The position numbers and the translations under genes were made by a program. This document shows positions 54,956 to 64,000 of a DNA stretch of 64,000 nt, one piece after another. Below the pieces are notes generated by a model that was not told where the DNA came from, made no database searches, and was given only the letters and a program-made list of their open reading frames with translations. The stretch spans positions 595,907 to 659,906 of the forward strand of contig JBJKZL010000001.1 of the NCBI GenBank assembly GCA_045560295.1, in the 5' to 3' direction. The stretch's first letter is position 1; each line of letters begins with the position of its first letter. Source of the DNA: Fidelibacterota bacterium. GTDB taxonomy: Bacteria; Fidelibacterota; Marinisomatia; Marinisomatales; Marinisomataceae.

Positions 54956-55636
54956 ATGGAAAATAATAAGCCAATCATAGCGCCATCATTATTAGCAGCC
55001 GATTTCTCTAATCTTAAGAGTGAACTTAATCTATGCAATAATTCAAAGGCTGAATGGCTTCACCTAGATATTATGGATCATCAATTCGTTCCAAATCTAT
55101 CCTTTGGTGCTGATATTGTTAAGTCAATAAGACCACACTCAAATCTTTTTTTTGATGTACATCTGATGGTAAGTAATCCCTTTGATATGCTATCATCATT
55201 TATTGATGCTGGCGCGGATGCTATATCTTTTCATATAGAAACAACTGAACCAAGATTTACTTTTCCTCCCAAAATTCTTATTAATATGATCAAGAAAAAT
55301 AATTTAAGATGTGGTATCGCAATCAAACCTAAAACCTCAATAAAAGTTCTTGAAAAATATCTCCCCTTTATTGATTATATAGTAGTTATGTCTGTTGAAC
55401 CGGGATTTGGAGGTCAAGGATTTATTCCTTCTACTCTAGAAAAAATTTCTTCTATAGATAAAGCTTTAAATGACAAAAATTTGAGAGATCAAATTGCTAT
55501 TCAAGTTGATGGTGGTATAAAACTTCATAATGCTAAAGAAGTCATGGACGCAGGTGCAGATATATTAGTAGCAGGATCTGAAGTATTTAAATCAGAAAAT
55601 CCTATTGAAACCATTGATAAGATGTATAATCTATGA
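54956..55636 (+). CDS. rpe: Ribulose-phosphate 3-epimerase
   Basis: 226 aa. Motifs IAPSLLAADF, HLDIMD and MSVEPGFGGQ. Confidence 0.92.
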   Translation: MENNKPIIAPSLLAADFSNLKSELNLCNNSKAEWLHLDIMDHQFVPNLSFGADIVKSIRPHSNLFFDVHLMVSNPFDMLSSFIDAGADAISFHIETTEPRFTFPPKILINMIKKNNLRCGIAIKPKTSIKVLEKYLPFIDYIVVMSVEPGFGGQGFIPSTLEKISSIDKALNDKNLRDQIAIQVDGGIKLHNAKEVMDAGADILVAGSEVFKSENPIETIDKMYNL

Positions 55637-57597
55637 ATTATAAAAAAATAGATACCTTTAGTAATTGGACTAAAGATGAAAAAGATCAATTCACCGTAAG
55701 TGTGATAAAAGGTCTAATTATTGATGGTGTTAGAAAAGCGAACTCTGGCCATCCTGGAGGTCCAATGTCTCTTGCAGATTTTTCATACATCCTTTATTCA
55801 GAGTATCTAATATTTGATAAAGATAATCCAGATTGGCATTCAAGAGATCGCTTAGTCTTATCTGTAGGACATACTTGTATGCTTCTTTATGTTTTACTCT
55901 ATTTATCTGATATCTTAGATATGGATGACTTAAAAGAATTTCGACAATTACATAGTAGAACACCTGGTCATCCTGAAATTGAAACTCCTGGAGTAGATGC
56001 AAATACTGGACCCCTTGGCCAGGGAGTTGGAATGGCAACAGGGATGGCATTAGCAGAAAGAATGCTTAGTGCTTCAGCACAAAAAGATAGAAAGAACTAT
56101 ACTTATGTTTTAGTTGGAGATGGCGATTTGCAAGAGCCTATCGCACTAGGGGCAGCTACGTTAGCGGGACATTGGAAGTTATCTCAGTTAGTAATGTTTT
56201 ATGATAAAAATGATATACAGATTGCTGGAAAGACTTCTCGATGTGACTCCACAAATTATACAGAGTTATTTAAAGCTATGAATTGGGATGTACAAGAAAT
56301 CGATGGTCATGATCATCAAGCTATAAGAAAGGCTATAGAAAACGCTCAGGTATCTCCTCTTCCAAGTATTATCATTGGCAACACAACTATTGCTAAAGGA
56401 AGTGCTACACTTGAGAATACAAGTCAATCCCATGGAGCTCCATTCAGCCCAGATGAGATTATTGGAACTAAACAGAATTTAGGATTACCGGAAGATGAAT
56501 CTTTTTATTGTCCAATTGAAGTAAAAAAATATTTTCAAAGAAATTCTAAATCAATACAGCAACTCATTTCAAATTCAAAAAATAAAAAAGGTAATAACAC
56601 ATTTGATATATCTTCAGAATTAAAAAATATAGACCTAGTTGATTTTGACCCCAATGAAGTAATTGCAACAAGAAAAGCTTTTGGTATGTCATTGGATAAA
56701 TTTTCTTCTCATATTCCAACTATTGTTGGTGGATCAGCAGATCTAGATGGATCAAACTGTACCACAAATTTTGCTAACACACATGGAGACTTTTCATCCA
56801 CAAATTTAAAAGGAAGAAATATTCCATTTGGCGTTAGAGAGTTTCCAATGGGATCAATTATGAATGGTATTAGTTTGTATGGGGGACTTTTCCCATTCGG
56901 AGGTACATTCTTGGTATTTAGTGATTATGTAAGATCTGCAATACGCCTATCTGCTATTCAAAAATTACATGTTATGTATGAATTTACACATGATTCAATT
57001 TTTGTTGGTGAAGATGGACCAACACATCAGCCTGTTGAACACATAATGTCATTAAGATTAATACCAAATTTGCTTGTTTTCAGACCAGCAGATGCAATCG
57101 AAACTCATTTTTGTTTTGAAGCAATTATGGAAAATGATAAAAATCCAAGTACAATACTTCTTACCAGACAAAAGCTTCCTGTTAGTGTGCTAGATAAAAA
57201 TACTATTAGAGATGGTGTTAAAAAAGGTGCTTATACTGTTTTAGAATCAGATAATCCAGATTTAGTAATATTTACAACTGGTTCAGAGACACATCTTGCA
57301 CTATCTATTGCTAAAGAAATAAAAAATGATGTTAAAATTGTTAATATACCATGTTGGGAGCTTTTTGAACAGCAATCAGAAGCCTACAAAAACAGTATTC
57401 TTACCTCTAGTTGTAAAAAAAGAGTTTCATTAGAAGCTGGAACAACTTTAGGATGGGAAAAATTTGTTGGGCAACATGGATTAAAGATTGGTATTGATGA
57501 TTTTGGTTTATCTGCTCCTGGAGTTGATGTAGCAAAACAATTTGATTTTACAAAAGAAAAAATTACTGCTAAGATAAAGAAGTATTTAAATGACTAA
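55633..57597 (+). CDS. tkt: Transketolase
   Basis: 654 aa. ThDP motifs SGHPGGPMS and GDGDLQEP, and a transketolase pyrimidine-binding domain. Confidence 0.95.
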   Translation: MNYKKIDTFSNWTKDEKDQFTVSVIKGLIIDGVRKANSGHPGGPMSLADFSYILYSEYLIFDKDNPDWHSRDRLVLSVGHTCMLLYVLLYLSDILDMDDLKEFRQLHSRTPGHPEIETPGVDANTGPLGQGVGMATGMALAERMLSASAQKDRKNYTYVLVGDGDLQEPIALGAATLAGHWKLSQLVMFYDKNDIQIAGKTSRCDSTNYTELFKAMNWDVQEIDGHDHQAIRKAIENAQVSPLPSIIIGNTTIAKGSATLENTSQSHGAPFSPDEIIGTKQNLGLPEDESFYCPIEVKKYFQRNSKSIQQLISNSKNKKGNNTFDISSELKNIDLVDFDPNEVIATRKAFGMSLDKFSSHIPTIVGGSADLDGSNCTTNFANTHGDFSSTNLKGRNIPFGVREFPMGSIMNGISLYGGLFPFGGTFLVFSDYVRSAIRLSAIQKLHVMYEFTHDSIFVGEDGPTHQPVEHIMSLRLIPNLLVFRPADAIETHFCFEAIMENDKNPSTILLTRQKLPVSVLDKNTIRDGVKKGAYTVLESDNPDLVIFTTGSETHLALSIAKEIKNDVKIVNIPCWELFEQQSEAYKNSILTSSCKKRVSLEAGTTLGWEKFVGQHGLKIGIDDFGLSAPGVDVAKQFDFTKEKITAKIKKYLND

Positions 57598-58039
57598 TTA
57601 TAGAATAGTTTTAGCTACAGACCATGCTGGATTTAAATTAAAAGAAGCAGTTAAGAAATCTTTATTAGAATTAGGACTTGAAGTAAAAGACTTTGGCGCA
57701 TTAGAATATGAGTCTACAGATGACTATCCTGATTTTATTAATCCTGCAGCTAAGTTTATATCAGAGAATGATAATACTATGGGGATAATTTTTGGAGGAT
57801 CTGGGCAAGGCGAAGCAATGGCTGCAAATAGATTCAAAGGTGTTAGAGCTGCTGTTTTTTATGATGGGCCAGATGAAATTATTAATCTTTCAAGATTACA
57901 TAACAATGCTAATGTTTTATCTTTTGGATCAAGATTTATTGATGCGGATCGTGCGATAGAATTAATTAAGAAATGGCTTAGTGTAGAATTCGAAGGTGGA
58001 AGACATCAAAAAAGGATTGAAAAGTTAGATTCTTACTGA
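57590..58039 (+). CDS. rpiB: Ribose-5-phosphate isomerase B
   Basis: 149 aa in the RpiB/LacA/LacB family (LATDHAGFKLK, GGSGQGEAMAANR). Confidence 0.88.
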   Translation: MTNYRIVLATDHAGFKLKEAVKKSLLELGLEVKDFGALEYESTDDYPDFINPAAKFISENDNTMGIIFGGSGQGEAMAANRFKGVRAAVFYDGPDEIINLSRLHNNANVLSFGSRFIDADRAIELIKKWLSVEFEGGRHQKRIEKLDSY

Positions 58040-58533
58040 TTATAACTAGCATATACTGTAAAACTATCATCATCATTAAAAGCTAAAACATCATAAGCAT
58101 CATTTCTATACCCTTCCATTCCAGGAGAACCCATTGGCATTCCAGGTACTGAAAGTCCTTTAATATCAGGTTTTTCTTTTAGCATTCTAGTAATTTGCTC
58201 TGCATGAACATGTCCTTCAACTATATAATCCCCTATTTTTGCTGTATGACAAGACTGTAGATTACTTGGTACTCCGCCAAGCTGCAATTTTACAAGATTC
58301 ATATCCTCTCTATTAAATGTTTCAACTATAAAATTATTGTCCTCTAAATGATCTATCCAATCATTACAACAGCCGCATGTTTCACTTTTATAAACTATTA
58401 TATCTGCATTGGAAGATGATATTGATGATGTATTAGAATTTAAAATGCCACTTAATGAAGACAGTATATAAATAGCGCATAATACTGATAAAGTGATTAA
58501 TAAGTTTTTTTGCATGTGAGTCATTTCTTTCAT
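58033..58533 (-). CDS. DUF411 metal(copper)-binding periplasmic protein
   Basis: 166 aa. Signal/TM segment, then CGCCNDW...SCHTAKIGDYIVEGHVHA...GLSVPGMPMGSPGME, the DUF411 signature. The start could alternatively be MQKNLL at 58515. Confidence 0.75.
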   Translation of the reverse strand: MKEMTHMQKNLLITLSVLCAIYILSSLSGILNSNTSSISSSNADIIVYKSETCGCCNDWIDHLEDNNFIVETFNREDMNLVKLQLGGVPSNLQSCHTAKIGDYIVEGHVHAEQITRMLKEKPDIKGLSVPGMPMGSPGMEGYRNDAYDVLAFNDDDSFTVYASYNQ

Positions 58534-58541
58534 TATTGTTT

Positions 58542-59393
58542 TTATATAAATAAATCTGCTAAAATTAGAAAGAATAATAAAGGAAAATAATAAATTGATG
58601 TTTTAAATATTAAGCTAGCATTCTCTCTAGATTGCTCTAAAATAAATGGAAGGCAACATAGCATATAAATATTACTTAACAGATATGCTCCGACAAAATA
58701 TACCCTTCCTGATACTCCAAAGAAGAATGGTAAGGTAGAAATTGGAATTAATATTAATGCATGTAAAAAAATATGCAATACTGTCCTTTTGATTCCATTA
58801 TTTACAACAGGTAACATTTTTAAACCTGCTTTAGCATAGTCTTCTTTATACATGAAAGCAATAGCATAAAAATGTGGGTGCTGCCAAAAGAAAAGAATTA
58901 AGAATAGAGCAATTCCTCCTAAATCTAAACTGTTAGTTGCAGCTGTCCATCCACCTAGCGGAGGTATTGCGCCAGGAATAGCTCCAATAGAAGTGTTTAT
59001 CCATGATACTCTTTTTAATGGCGTATACACTAATAGATAAAGCGCGATAGTCAACATTGACAATATTGAAGTAAGAGTATTTACCTTAAAATACAGCACA
59101 GATATTCCTAATACGACAAATGATAAGCCTAAAAATAAAGCAAAATTAACAGATATTTTTTTTGTTGGAAGAACTCTATGTTTTGTTCGGTCCATTTTTT
59201 TGTCAGAATCAACTTCAATAACATTATTTATAATTGAACCGCCAGTAGATGAAAATAGAGTTCCGATAACAGTATAAAGCAATAAAGAGTATGAAAAAGA
59301 TCCTTGCGCTCCGAGATAAAATCCAATAATAGTTGTGGTAAGTACTAAAAATCCAATCCTAACTTTGGTTAACTCGATTAAATTTTTGATCAT
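58542..59393 (-). CDS. ctaB: Protoheme IX farnesyltransferase (heme O synthase)
   Basis: 283 aa UbiA-family prenyltransferase (NNVIEVDSDKKMDRTKHRVLP). Located in the oxidase cluster. Confidence 0.88.
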   Translation of the reverse strand: MIKNLIELTKVRIGFLVLTTTIIGFYLGAQGSFSYSLLLYTVIGTLFSSTGGSIINNVIEVDSDKKMDRTKHRVLPTKKISVNFALFLGLSFVVLGISVLYFKVNTLTSILSMLTIALYLLVYTPLKRVSWINTSIGAIPGAIPPLGGWTAATNSLDLGGIALFLILFFWQHPHFYAIAFMYKEDYAKAGLKMLPVVNNGIKRTVLHIFLHALILIPISTLPFFFGVSGRVYFVGAYLLSNIYMLCCLPFILEQSRENASLIFKTSIYYFPLLFFLILADLFI

Positions 59394-59395
59394 AG

Positions 59396-59989
59396 CTAGC
59401 CTTGCTTAATAAGAGTTACAATATCATTTTGTAGCTCTACTATATTTGCATCAATAGTACCTTCATAATATTTTCTAATATTTCTATCTTTATCGATTAA
59501 AATTAGTCTAGTGGAATGTCCTAAAGGTAGTAGACTTGCAGACAAAAAGAATCCATCTTGAGATAGCTCAACTACCTCATCAATATTCCCTCTTAGAAAA
59601 AACCAATTATTTTTATTACTATACTTATTCGAAAATTCTTGTAAGATATCTTTAGAGTCATAATCAGGGTCAGTTGTAATAGAAACAAATTGCAGTTCAT
59701 TTGATTCTGCAAATCTTTTCTGTAATAATCCCATATTTTCTGACATGATTGGGCATGCACCTTCACATTGCGTAAAAATAAAACTAGCTACAGTAATCTG
59801 ATTATCTAAATTTTGTTCTGTGAATGAGGTACCATCAAAATTTTCTAACTGGAAAGAAGGAATTTCAGTAATCAGAGGTAAATTATTGATTCTAGATTGT
59901 GTGGCTTGATCTATTGTAAATAATCCAACAATACCAAGAATAAATACCGAGAAAAATGCAATTATTAATTTTTTATTTAGATCGCTCAT
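59396..59989 (-). CDS. SCO1/SenC copper chaperone
   Basis: 197 aa. N-terminal TM anchor, thioredoxin-like fold with a CEGACP metal motif and a downstream His (LGHSTRLILID). Confidence 0.8.
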   Translation of the reverse strand: MSDLNKKLIIAFFSVFILGIVGLFTIDQATQSRINNLPLITEIPSFQLENFDGTSFTEQNLDNQITVASFIFTQCEGACPIMSENMGLLQKRFAESNELQFVSITTDPDYDSKDILQEFSNKYSNKNNWFFLRGNIDEVVELSQDGFFLSASLLPLGHSTRLILIDKDRNIRKYYEGTIDANIVELQNDIVTLIKQG

Positions 59990-60899
59990 TACTGATGCAA
60001 TTATACAATATAATTATTACACCAACAAGCCAAGATGAACCCCATGTATGAAAGAGCCTAGTTAGCTGAGGTAACTCAAAAAACACCATCATTTCTCCTA
60101 AGAAAATTTGAACTATAATCATTCCAAGGATAAATATGCCCAAAAATTTTGCTATAAATAAATTATGATTCTTTAATTTTGCATAAATATAAATACTTAA
60201 AAAGAGTAATGTGAATCCAAGGAAAGAATGAAAATATTTGTATGAGTCTAGTGCATTTAACAATTCTCCTTTTGATAATAGTGGGTTATCAATAGAAATA
60301 AGTTCAAGGTTAGTTCTTATACCAGTCCCTAGAAGAATCTCTATAAAGATGAGTAGCCAAAAAAGAATTAAGCTATTAGAAAGGGCTCTACTGCCTTGTA
60401 GATTTTTAAATTTGTCTTCATGAATTAATTTATAAGACTCAATACATGCATAACTCAATACCGATACCAGCATAAGCGCTAATATCATGTGCAAGCTTAC
60501 TAAAAAAGGGTTTAAAATAGATGAAACAACAATAGCACCTAATCCTCCATTTGCTACTACTAGAATCAAGGACAAAATTGCTGATATAAGAAGCTTAGTT
60601 TCTTTTCGAAAATAATATATGGCTATGATATTTAGCACAATGATTGAAAGACCCACTAAAACTCCTAGAGAGCGATTACTGTACTCAATCCAAGCTAATA
60701 CTATATTAAAAGCTGTAGGGTCAATATATGATGGTATTTGATCAACACTAGTAGGTGGGATCCATCGGCCAAAACATCTAGGCCAATCGGGACAACCCAT
60801 ACCAGATCCAGATACACGAACTAGGCCTCCTACAAAAATTAATAGATAAGATAGAATAGTTGAAACTACAGCAGATTGAAAAAAAAGCTGTTTTTTCAT
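59973..60899 (-). CDS. ctaA: COX15/CtaA heme A synthase
   Basis: 308 aa, about 8 TM helices. N-terminal GCPDWPRCFG motif, conserved His in TM helices. Confidence 0.78.
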   Translation of the reverse strand: MKKQLFFQSAVVSTILSYLLIFVGGLVRVSGSGMGCPDWPRCFGRWIPPTSVDQIPSYIDPTAFNIVLAWIEYSNRSLGVLVGLSIIVLNIIAIYYFRKETKLLISAILSLILVVANGGLGAIVVSSILNPFLVSLHMILALMLVSVLSYACIESYKLIHEDKFKNLQGSRALSNSLILFWLLIFIEILLGTGIRTNLELISIDNPLLSKGELLNALDSYKYFHSFLGFTLLFLSIYIYAKLKNHNLFIAKFLGIFILGMIIVQIFLGEMMVFFELPQLTRLFHTWGSSWLVGVIIILYNCISNERSK

Positions 60900-61316
60900 T
60901 TAATGATGATCCTCATCCTCTCCATGGTGATCAGAGCTATGCTCATCAACAGGATGTCCATGAGAATCTGTAAGGGGTAATGAGTCATAGAAAGAAGCAC
61001 GATTATTAATTGGGTTTTCTACTTCAGAATTCACTCCTCCTCTAAAACCGGTATCCAGAAGAGTAATCGTAATAAATATTCCAAGAAACATTAAAGACAT
61101 AACAAACATTGTTAAATTTTTCTTATCATCCCATAAAAGATGCATAAAGAATAAAGCTACTATACTAGCCTTCAGTGATGCTACACCCATAGCAATAACA
61201 ATATTAAATGATCCAAAATCAAAATAGGATACCCATACTGTTACCGCAGTCAAAAACAATAATGTTCCAGCAACTGCTAAATATGTTTTTAATGGCGTTA
61301 TGTGATGTTCAGACAT
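60900..61316 (-). CDS. Cytochrome c oxidase subunit IV (prokaryotic COX4 family) with a His/Asp/Glu-rich C-terminal tail
   Basis: 138 aa with 3 TM helices. Its position after subunit III is typical. The last ~21 aa are SHGHPVDEHSSDHHGEDEDHH. Confidence 0.65.
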   Translation of the reverse strand: MSEHHITPLKTYLAVAGTLLFLTAVTVWVSYFDFGSFNIVIAMGVASLKASIVALFFMHLLWDDKKNLTMFVMSLMFLGIFITITLLDTGFRGGVNSEVENPINNRASFYDSLPLTDSHGHPVDEHSSDHHGEDEDHH

Positions 61317-61323
61317 AATAATT

Positions 61324-61977
61324 CTATATTAAGTAAAATAATGGAAATAAATAAATCCAGATTAAATCAACTAAATGCCAAAAAATACCAATCATCTCCA
61401 TTGGAGTATAATATTCAGAATTCAGGTTTCCTTTAGCTGTTGCATAAATTAACCATGCAATCAATCCCATACCAATTGCAACATGCAATCCATGAAGTCC
61501 AGTCATAATAAAATAGATACTAAAGAAAATATGAGGATTGTTAAGATGGGCAATTTCAGGACCCATGTAGCTGTAGTATTCTCCCGGTAATTGCCCAACT
61601 TCGAACTTATGAGAATACTCTAAATATTTAATACCTAGGAACATAAAAGCAAATAAGAATGTTGCTACAAGCATGAATAAAGACAGTTTTTGATTTTTTT
61701 TCTGTATCGCCCATACCGCAAGAACCATGGTTAATGAACTAGTAATAAGAACAATTGTATTCAATAAACCTTTATTAACATCTAGGAGTAAATTTGCACC
61801 AACAAACATTTCAGGATACCAAGAACGATATACTACATATGCAACGAATAAACCTCCAAAAGTTAAAACTTCAGTAAGGATAAAAGCCCACATTCCAAAC
61901 TTTGCAGTTTCATATTGCTGATCAACGTCATGAAAATGATGTTGCAAAAAGTTAGGTGATGAATTATCGTGGCTCAT
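61324..61977 (-). CDS. ctaE: Cytochrome c oxidase subunit III
   Basis: 217 aa, 5 TM helices. Conserved HGLHV and WHLVD-type motifs (FWHLVDLIW). Confidence 0.88.
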   Translation of the reverse strand: MSHDNSSPNFLQHHFHDVDQQYETAKFGMWAFILTEVLTFGGLFVAYVVYRSWYPEMFVGANLLLDVNKGLLNTIVLITSSLTMVLAVWAIQKKNQKLSLFMLVATFLFAFMFLGIKYLEYSHKFEVGQLPGEYYSYMGPEIAHLNNPHIFFSIYFIMTGLHGLHVAIGMGLIAWLIYATAKGNLNSEYYTPMEMIGIFWHLVDLIWIYLFPLFYLI

Positions 61978-63596
61978 TTTTTAAATGTTGGCTCAACAAT
62001 AACCTTGTCATAATCATAAGGACCATGCTCAAGAACAGGTTCTTCTTCAAAATTATGAGGATGAGGGGGTGAAGTGGTATGTGTCCATTCAAGCGTCATT
62101 CCACCCCATGGATTACTTCCTGGATCTAACTTATTATTTTTTCTTAGAGACCACATTAAATTCATAATTGCAATGAAAATAGACAAACCAAGTATTCCGG
62201 ACCAAAAACTAGAGTAATTATGTAATTCTGCATACTGTTGATCATAAGTAGCATATCTTCTAGGCATTCCTCTTAAACCCAAAAGGAATTGAGGAAAAAA
62301 TGTTCCATTAAATCCTAAAAATACACCAAGACAGCAAATATTTGCTACAGTTTGATTATACATCGTACCCATTGATTTAGGCCACCAATGATGCAACCCT
62401 CCAAGGAAAGCAATAATAGTACCTCCTTGCATTACATAATGGAAGTGAGCAACTACAAAATAAGTATCATGTAGGTGAATATCTAAAGCTACAGCACCAA
62501 GAAATATTCCTGTTAAACCTCCTATAGTGAATAAAAATAGAAAAGATAAAGCATACAACATTGGGGGGGTGAAAGATACCTGACCTTTATACATTGTTAA
62601 CATCCAGCTAAATATTTTTACTCCAGTTGGAATACCTACAAAATAGGTTATAAATGAGAAAACAATTTGTGAAAAAACTGATTGCCCAGATGTAAACATA
62701 TGATGTCCCCATACTAGAAATCCAATGAATGCAATTGAAAGTGTTGAGAATGCAATGAATTTATATCCCCATACTTTCTTTCTAGAATGCACAGGAATAA
62801 TCTCACTGATAATTCCAAAAGCTGGCAATATCATAATATAAACAGCCGGATGGGAATAGAACCAAAAGAAGTGTTGGTATAGAACAGGATCTCCACCAAG
62901 CGCAGGATCAAAAATTCCAATTCCTAATAATCTTTCTAATATTAATAAAACCATTGTAATAGCAATCACGGGAGTTGCAGTAATTTGAACTAAAGATGTA
63001 CCATATAAAGCCCAAACAAATAATGGTAGTTTATACCATGTTAAACCAGGAATTCTCATTTTGTGAATAGTAGCAATAAAATTTAAACCTGTTAAAATTG
63101 ATGAAAATCCAATGACAAAAATTCCCATGGTCATTGGAATTACATTAGATGTACTTGTAGTTGAATAAGGGGTGTAGAAAGTCCATCCTGTATCAACTCC
63201 TCCTGAAATAATAGTGTACATAACAAATAATGCGCCGACAGTATATATGTAGAAACTAGCCAGATTTAGTCGAGGAAATGCTACATCCTTAGCTCCCAAC
63301 ATAAGAGGAAGGAGAATATTTCCTAACGCTCCAGGAATAGCCGGAATGATAAATAAGAAGATCATTATTGCTCCATGCAATGTATACATGTTGTTATAAG
63401 TATCATTTGATACAAAATCATTACCAGGAGCAGCTAATTCAAGTCGCATTCCCAATGCTAATACCCCTCCTAAAAAGAAGAATGCAATTCCTCCAAATAG
63501 GTACATTAAACCAATACGCTTATGATCGAGGGTTAGTAACCAAGACATTATGCCTTTTGGATGAGTTAGATAATTTTGTTTTTGATTGTCAGCCAT
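61974..63596 (-). CDS. ctaD: Cytochrome c oxidase subunit I (heme-copper oxidase, A-type)
   Basis: 540 aa. The [16 protein letters not shown] and HFHYVM ligand-bearing motifs are present. Confidence 0.97.
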   Translation of the reverse strand: MADNQKQNYLTHPKGIMSWLLTLDHKRIGLMYLFGGIAFFFLGGVLALGMRLELAAPGNDFVSNDTYNNMYTLHGAIMIFLFIIPAIPGALGNILLPLMLGAKDVAFPRLNLASFYIYTVGALFVMYTIISGGVDTGWTFYTPYSTTSTSNVIPMTMGIFVIGFSSILTGLNFIATIHKMRIPGLTWYKLPLFVWALYGTSLVQITATPVIAITMVLLILERLLGIGIFDPALGGDPVLYQHFFWFYSHPAVYIMILPAFGIISEIIPVHSRKKVWGYKFIAFSTLSIAFIGFLVWGHHMFTSGQSVFSQIVFSFITYFVGIPTGVKIFSWMLTMYKGQVSFTPPMLYALSFLFLFTIGGLTGIFLGAVALDIHLHDTYFVVAHFHYVMQGGTIIAFLGGLHHWWPKSMGTMYNQTVANICCLGVFLGFNGTFFPQFLLGLRGMPRRYATYDQQYAELHNYSSFWSGILGLSIFIAIMNLMWSLRKNNKLDPGSNPWGGMTLEWTHTTSPPHPHNFEEEPVLEHGPYDYDKVIVEPTFKK

Positions 63597-63616
63597 AGAT
63601 ATATCCTAATTTACAA

Positions 63617-64000
63617 TTAAATTTGAGAATCCTCCTGTAAAGATTTTAAGAAAGCGATAAGTGCATCTAACTCTCTATCATTTAGTAGTCCTTGATAGGT
63701 AGGCATTACTCCTTGGTAGCCTGCAACTATTTGGGTTTGCGGCTCTAATATAGAACTTCTTATATAATTATTATCAATTACCGTACTAGTACCATCATCA
63801 AAGACTCTTTCTTGTCCCCACATTTGACTTGTTTGCAAGTATGAAGGACCAACAAGAGCAGAACCATCTAAAGTATGACAAGTATTACATGCTTTTTTTG
63901 TATAAAGCTTAGCACCTAGTTCATCTAATGGTATATTTTCATCATCAGAACCCAACTCAGCAACATACGCTTCATATTGTGCAGGTTTCATCACTATAAC
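63617..64000 (-). CDS. ctaC: Cytochrome c oxidase subunit II, C-terminal part with a fused cytochrome c domain (caa3 type); the 5' part lies beyond the right edge
   Basis: The frame stays open to base 64000 (..VIVMKPAQYEAYV). Heme-binding CNTCH and a distal Met context (YQGVMPTY). Sits immediately upstream of subunit I. Confidence 0.8.
   Translation of the reverse strand, partial: VIVMKPAQYEAYVAELGSDDENIPLDELGAKLYTKKACNTCHTLDGSALVGPSYLQTSQMWGQERVFDDGTSTVIDNNYIRSSILEPQTQIVAGYQGVMPTYQGLLNDRELDALIAFLKSLQEDSQI

Overview
This window is visibly AT-rich and very tightly packed. I call about 64 genes. Most neighbours abut or overlap by 1-11 nt, and nearly all genes are on the minus strand (the plus-strand islands are 7535-8140, 9573-10835 and 54956-58039). 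The content is housekeeping and core metabolism:
- a partial ileS that is missing from the supplied ORF track
- htrA, pyrE/pyrF, hflX, fmt/def/yajC
- a surface-glycan cluster (YfhO-like GT-C, Wzx-like flippase, three glycosyltransferases)
- an ECF sigma/anti-sigma pair, holA, putP, uppP, glmS, guaA, accD, tsaB/tsaE
- one complete rrn operon (16S, tRNA-Ile, tRNA-Ala, 23S, 5S on the minus strand)
- nupC, tig
- a TetR-controlled fadE-fadA-fadN beta-oxidation operon
- rpe-tkt-rpiB
- a caa3-type cytochrome oxidase cluster with its assembly genes (DUF411, ctaB, SCO1, ctaA, subunits IV/III/I/II)

I found no CRISPR array, IS element, integrase, prophage or obvious defence island. The organism looks like a streamlined marine-type heterotroph. 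An FCB-superphylum or Marinimicrobia-like affiliation is only a guess from gene content and the 16S, and I cannot verify it here.

The most unusual signal is recoding-like. The only two broken genes in the window are glmS and a DsbD-family reductase. Each is interrupted by a single extra base, and both junctions lie on an in-frame CTT-AGA. Skipping the A restores a conserved Leu-Glu junction, which resembles the Ty1 CUU-AGR +1 slippery site. Against this, six other in-frame CTT-AGA pairs in the window must be read normally. Programmed +1 frameshifting, a sequence-specific insertion artefact, and coincidence all remain open.

Secondary observations:
- BoxB/BoxA-like elements duplicated in the rrn leader and spacer
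- an ITS stem-loop displaying an exact 18-nt copy of mature 23S sequence
- no terminator between 5S and tsaE
- a perfect 14-bp palindromic operator abutting the TetR start codon
- a His/Asp-rich tail on oxidase subunit IV
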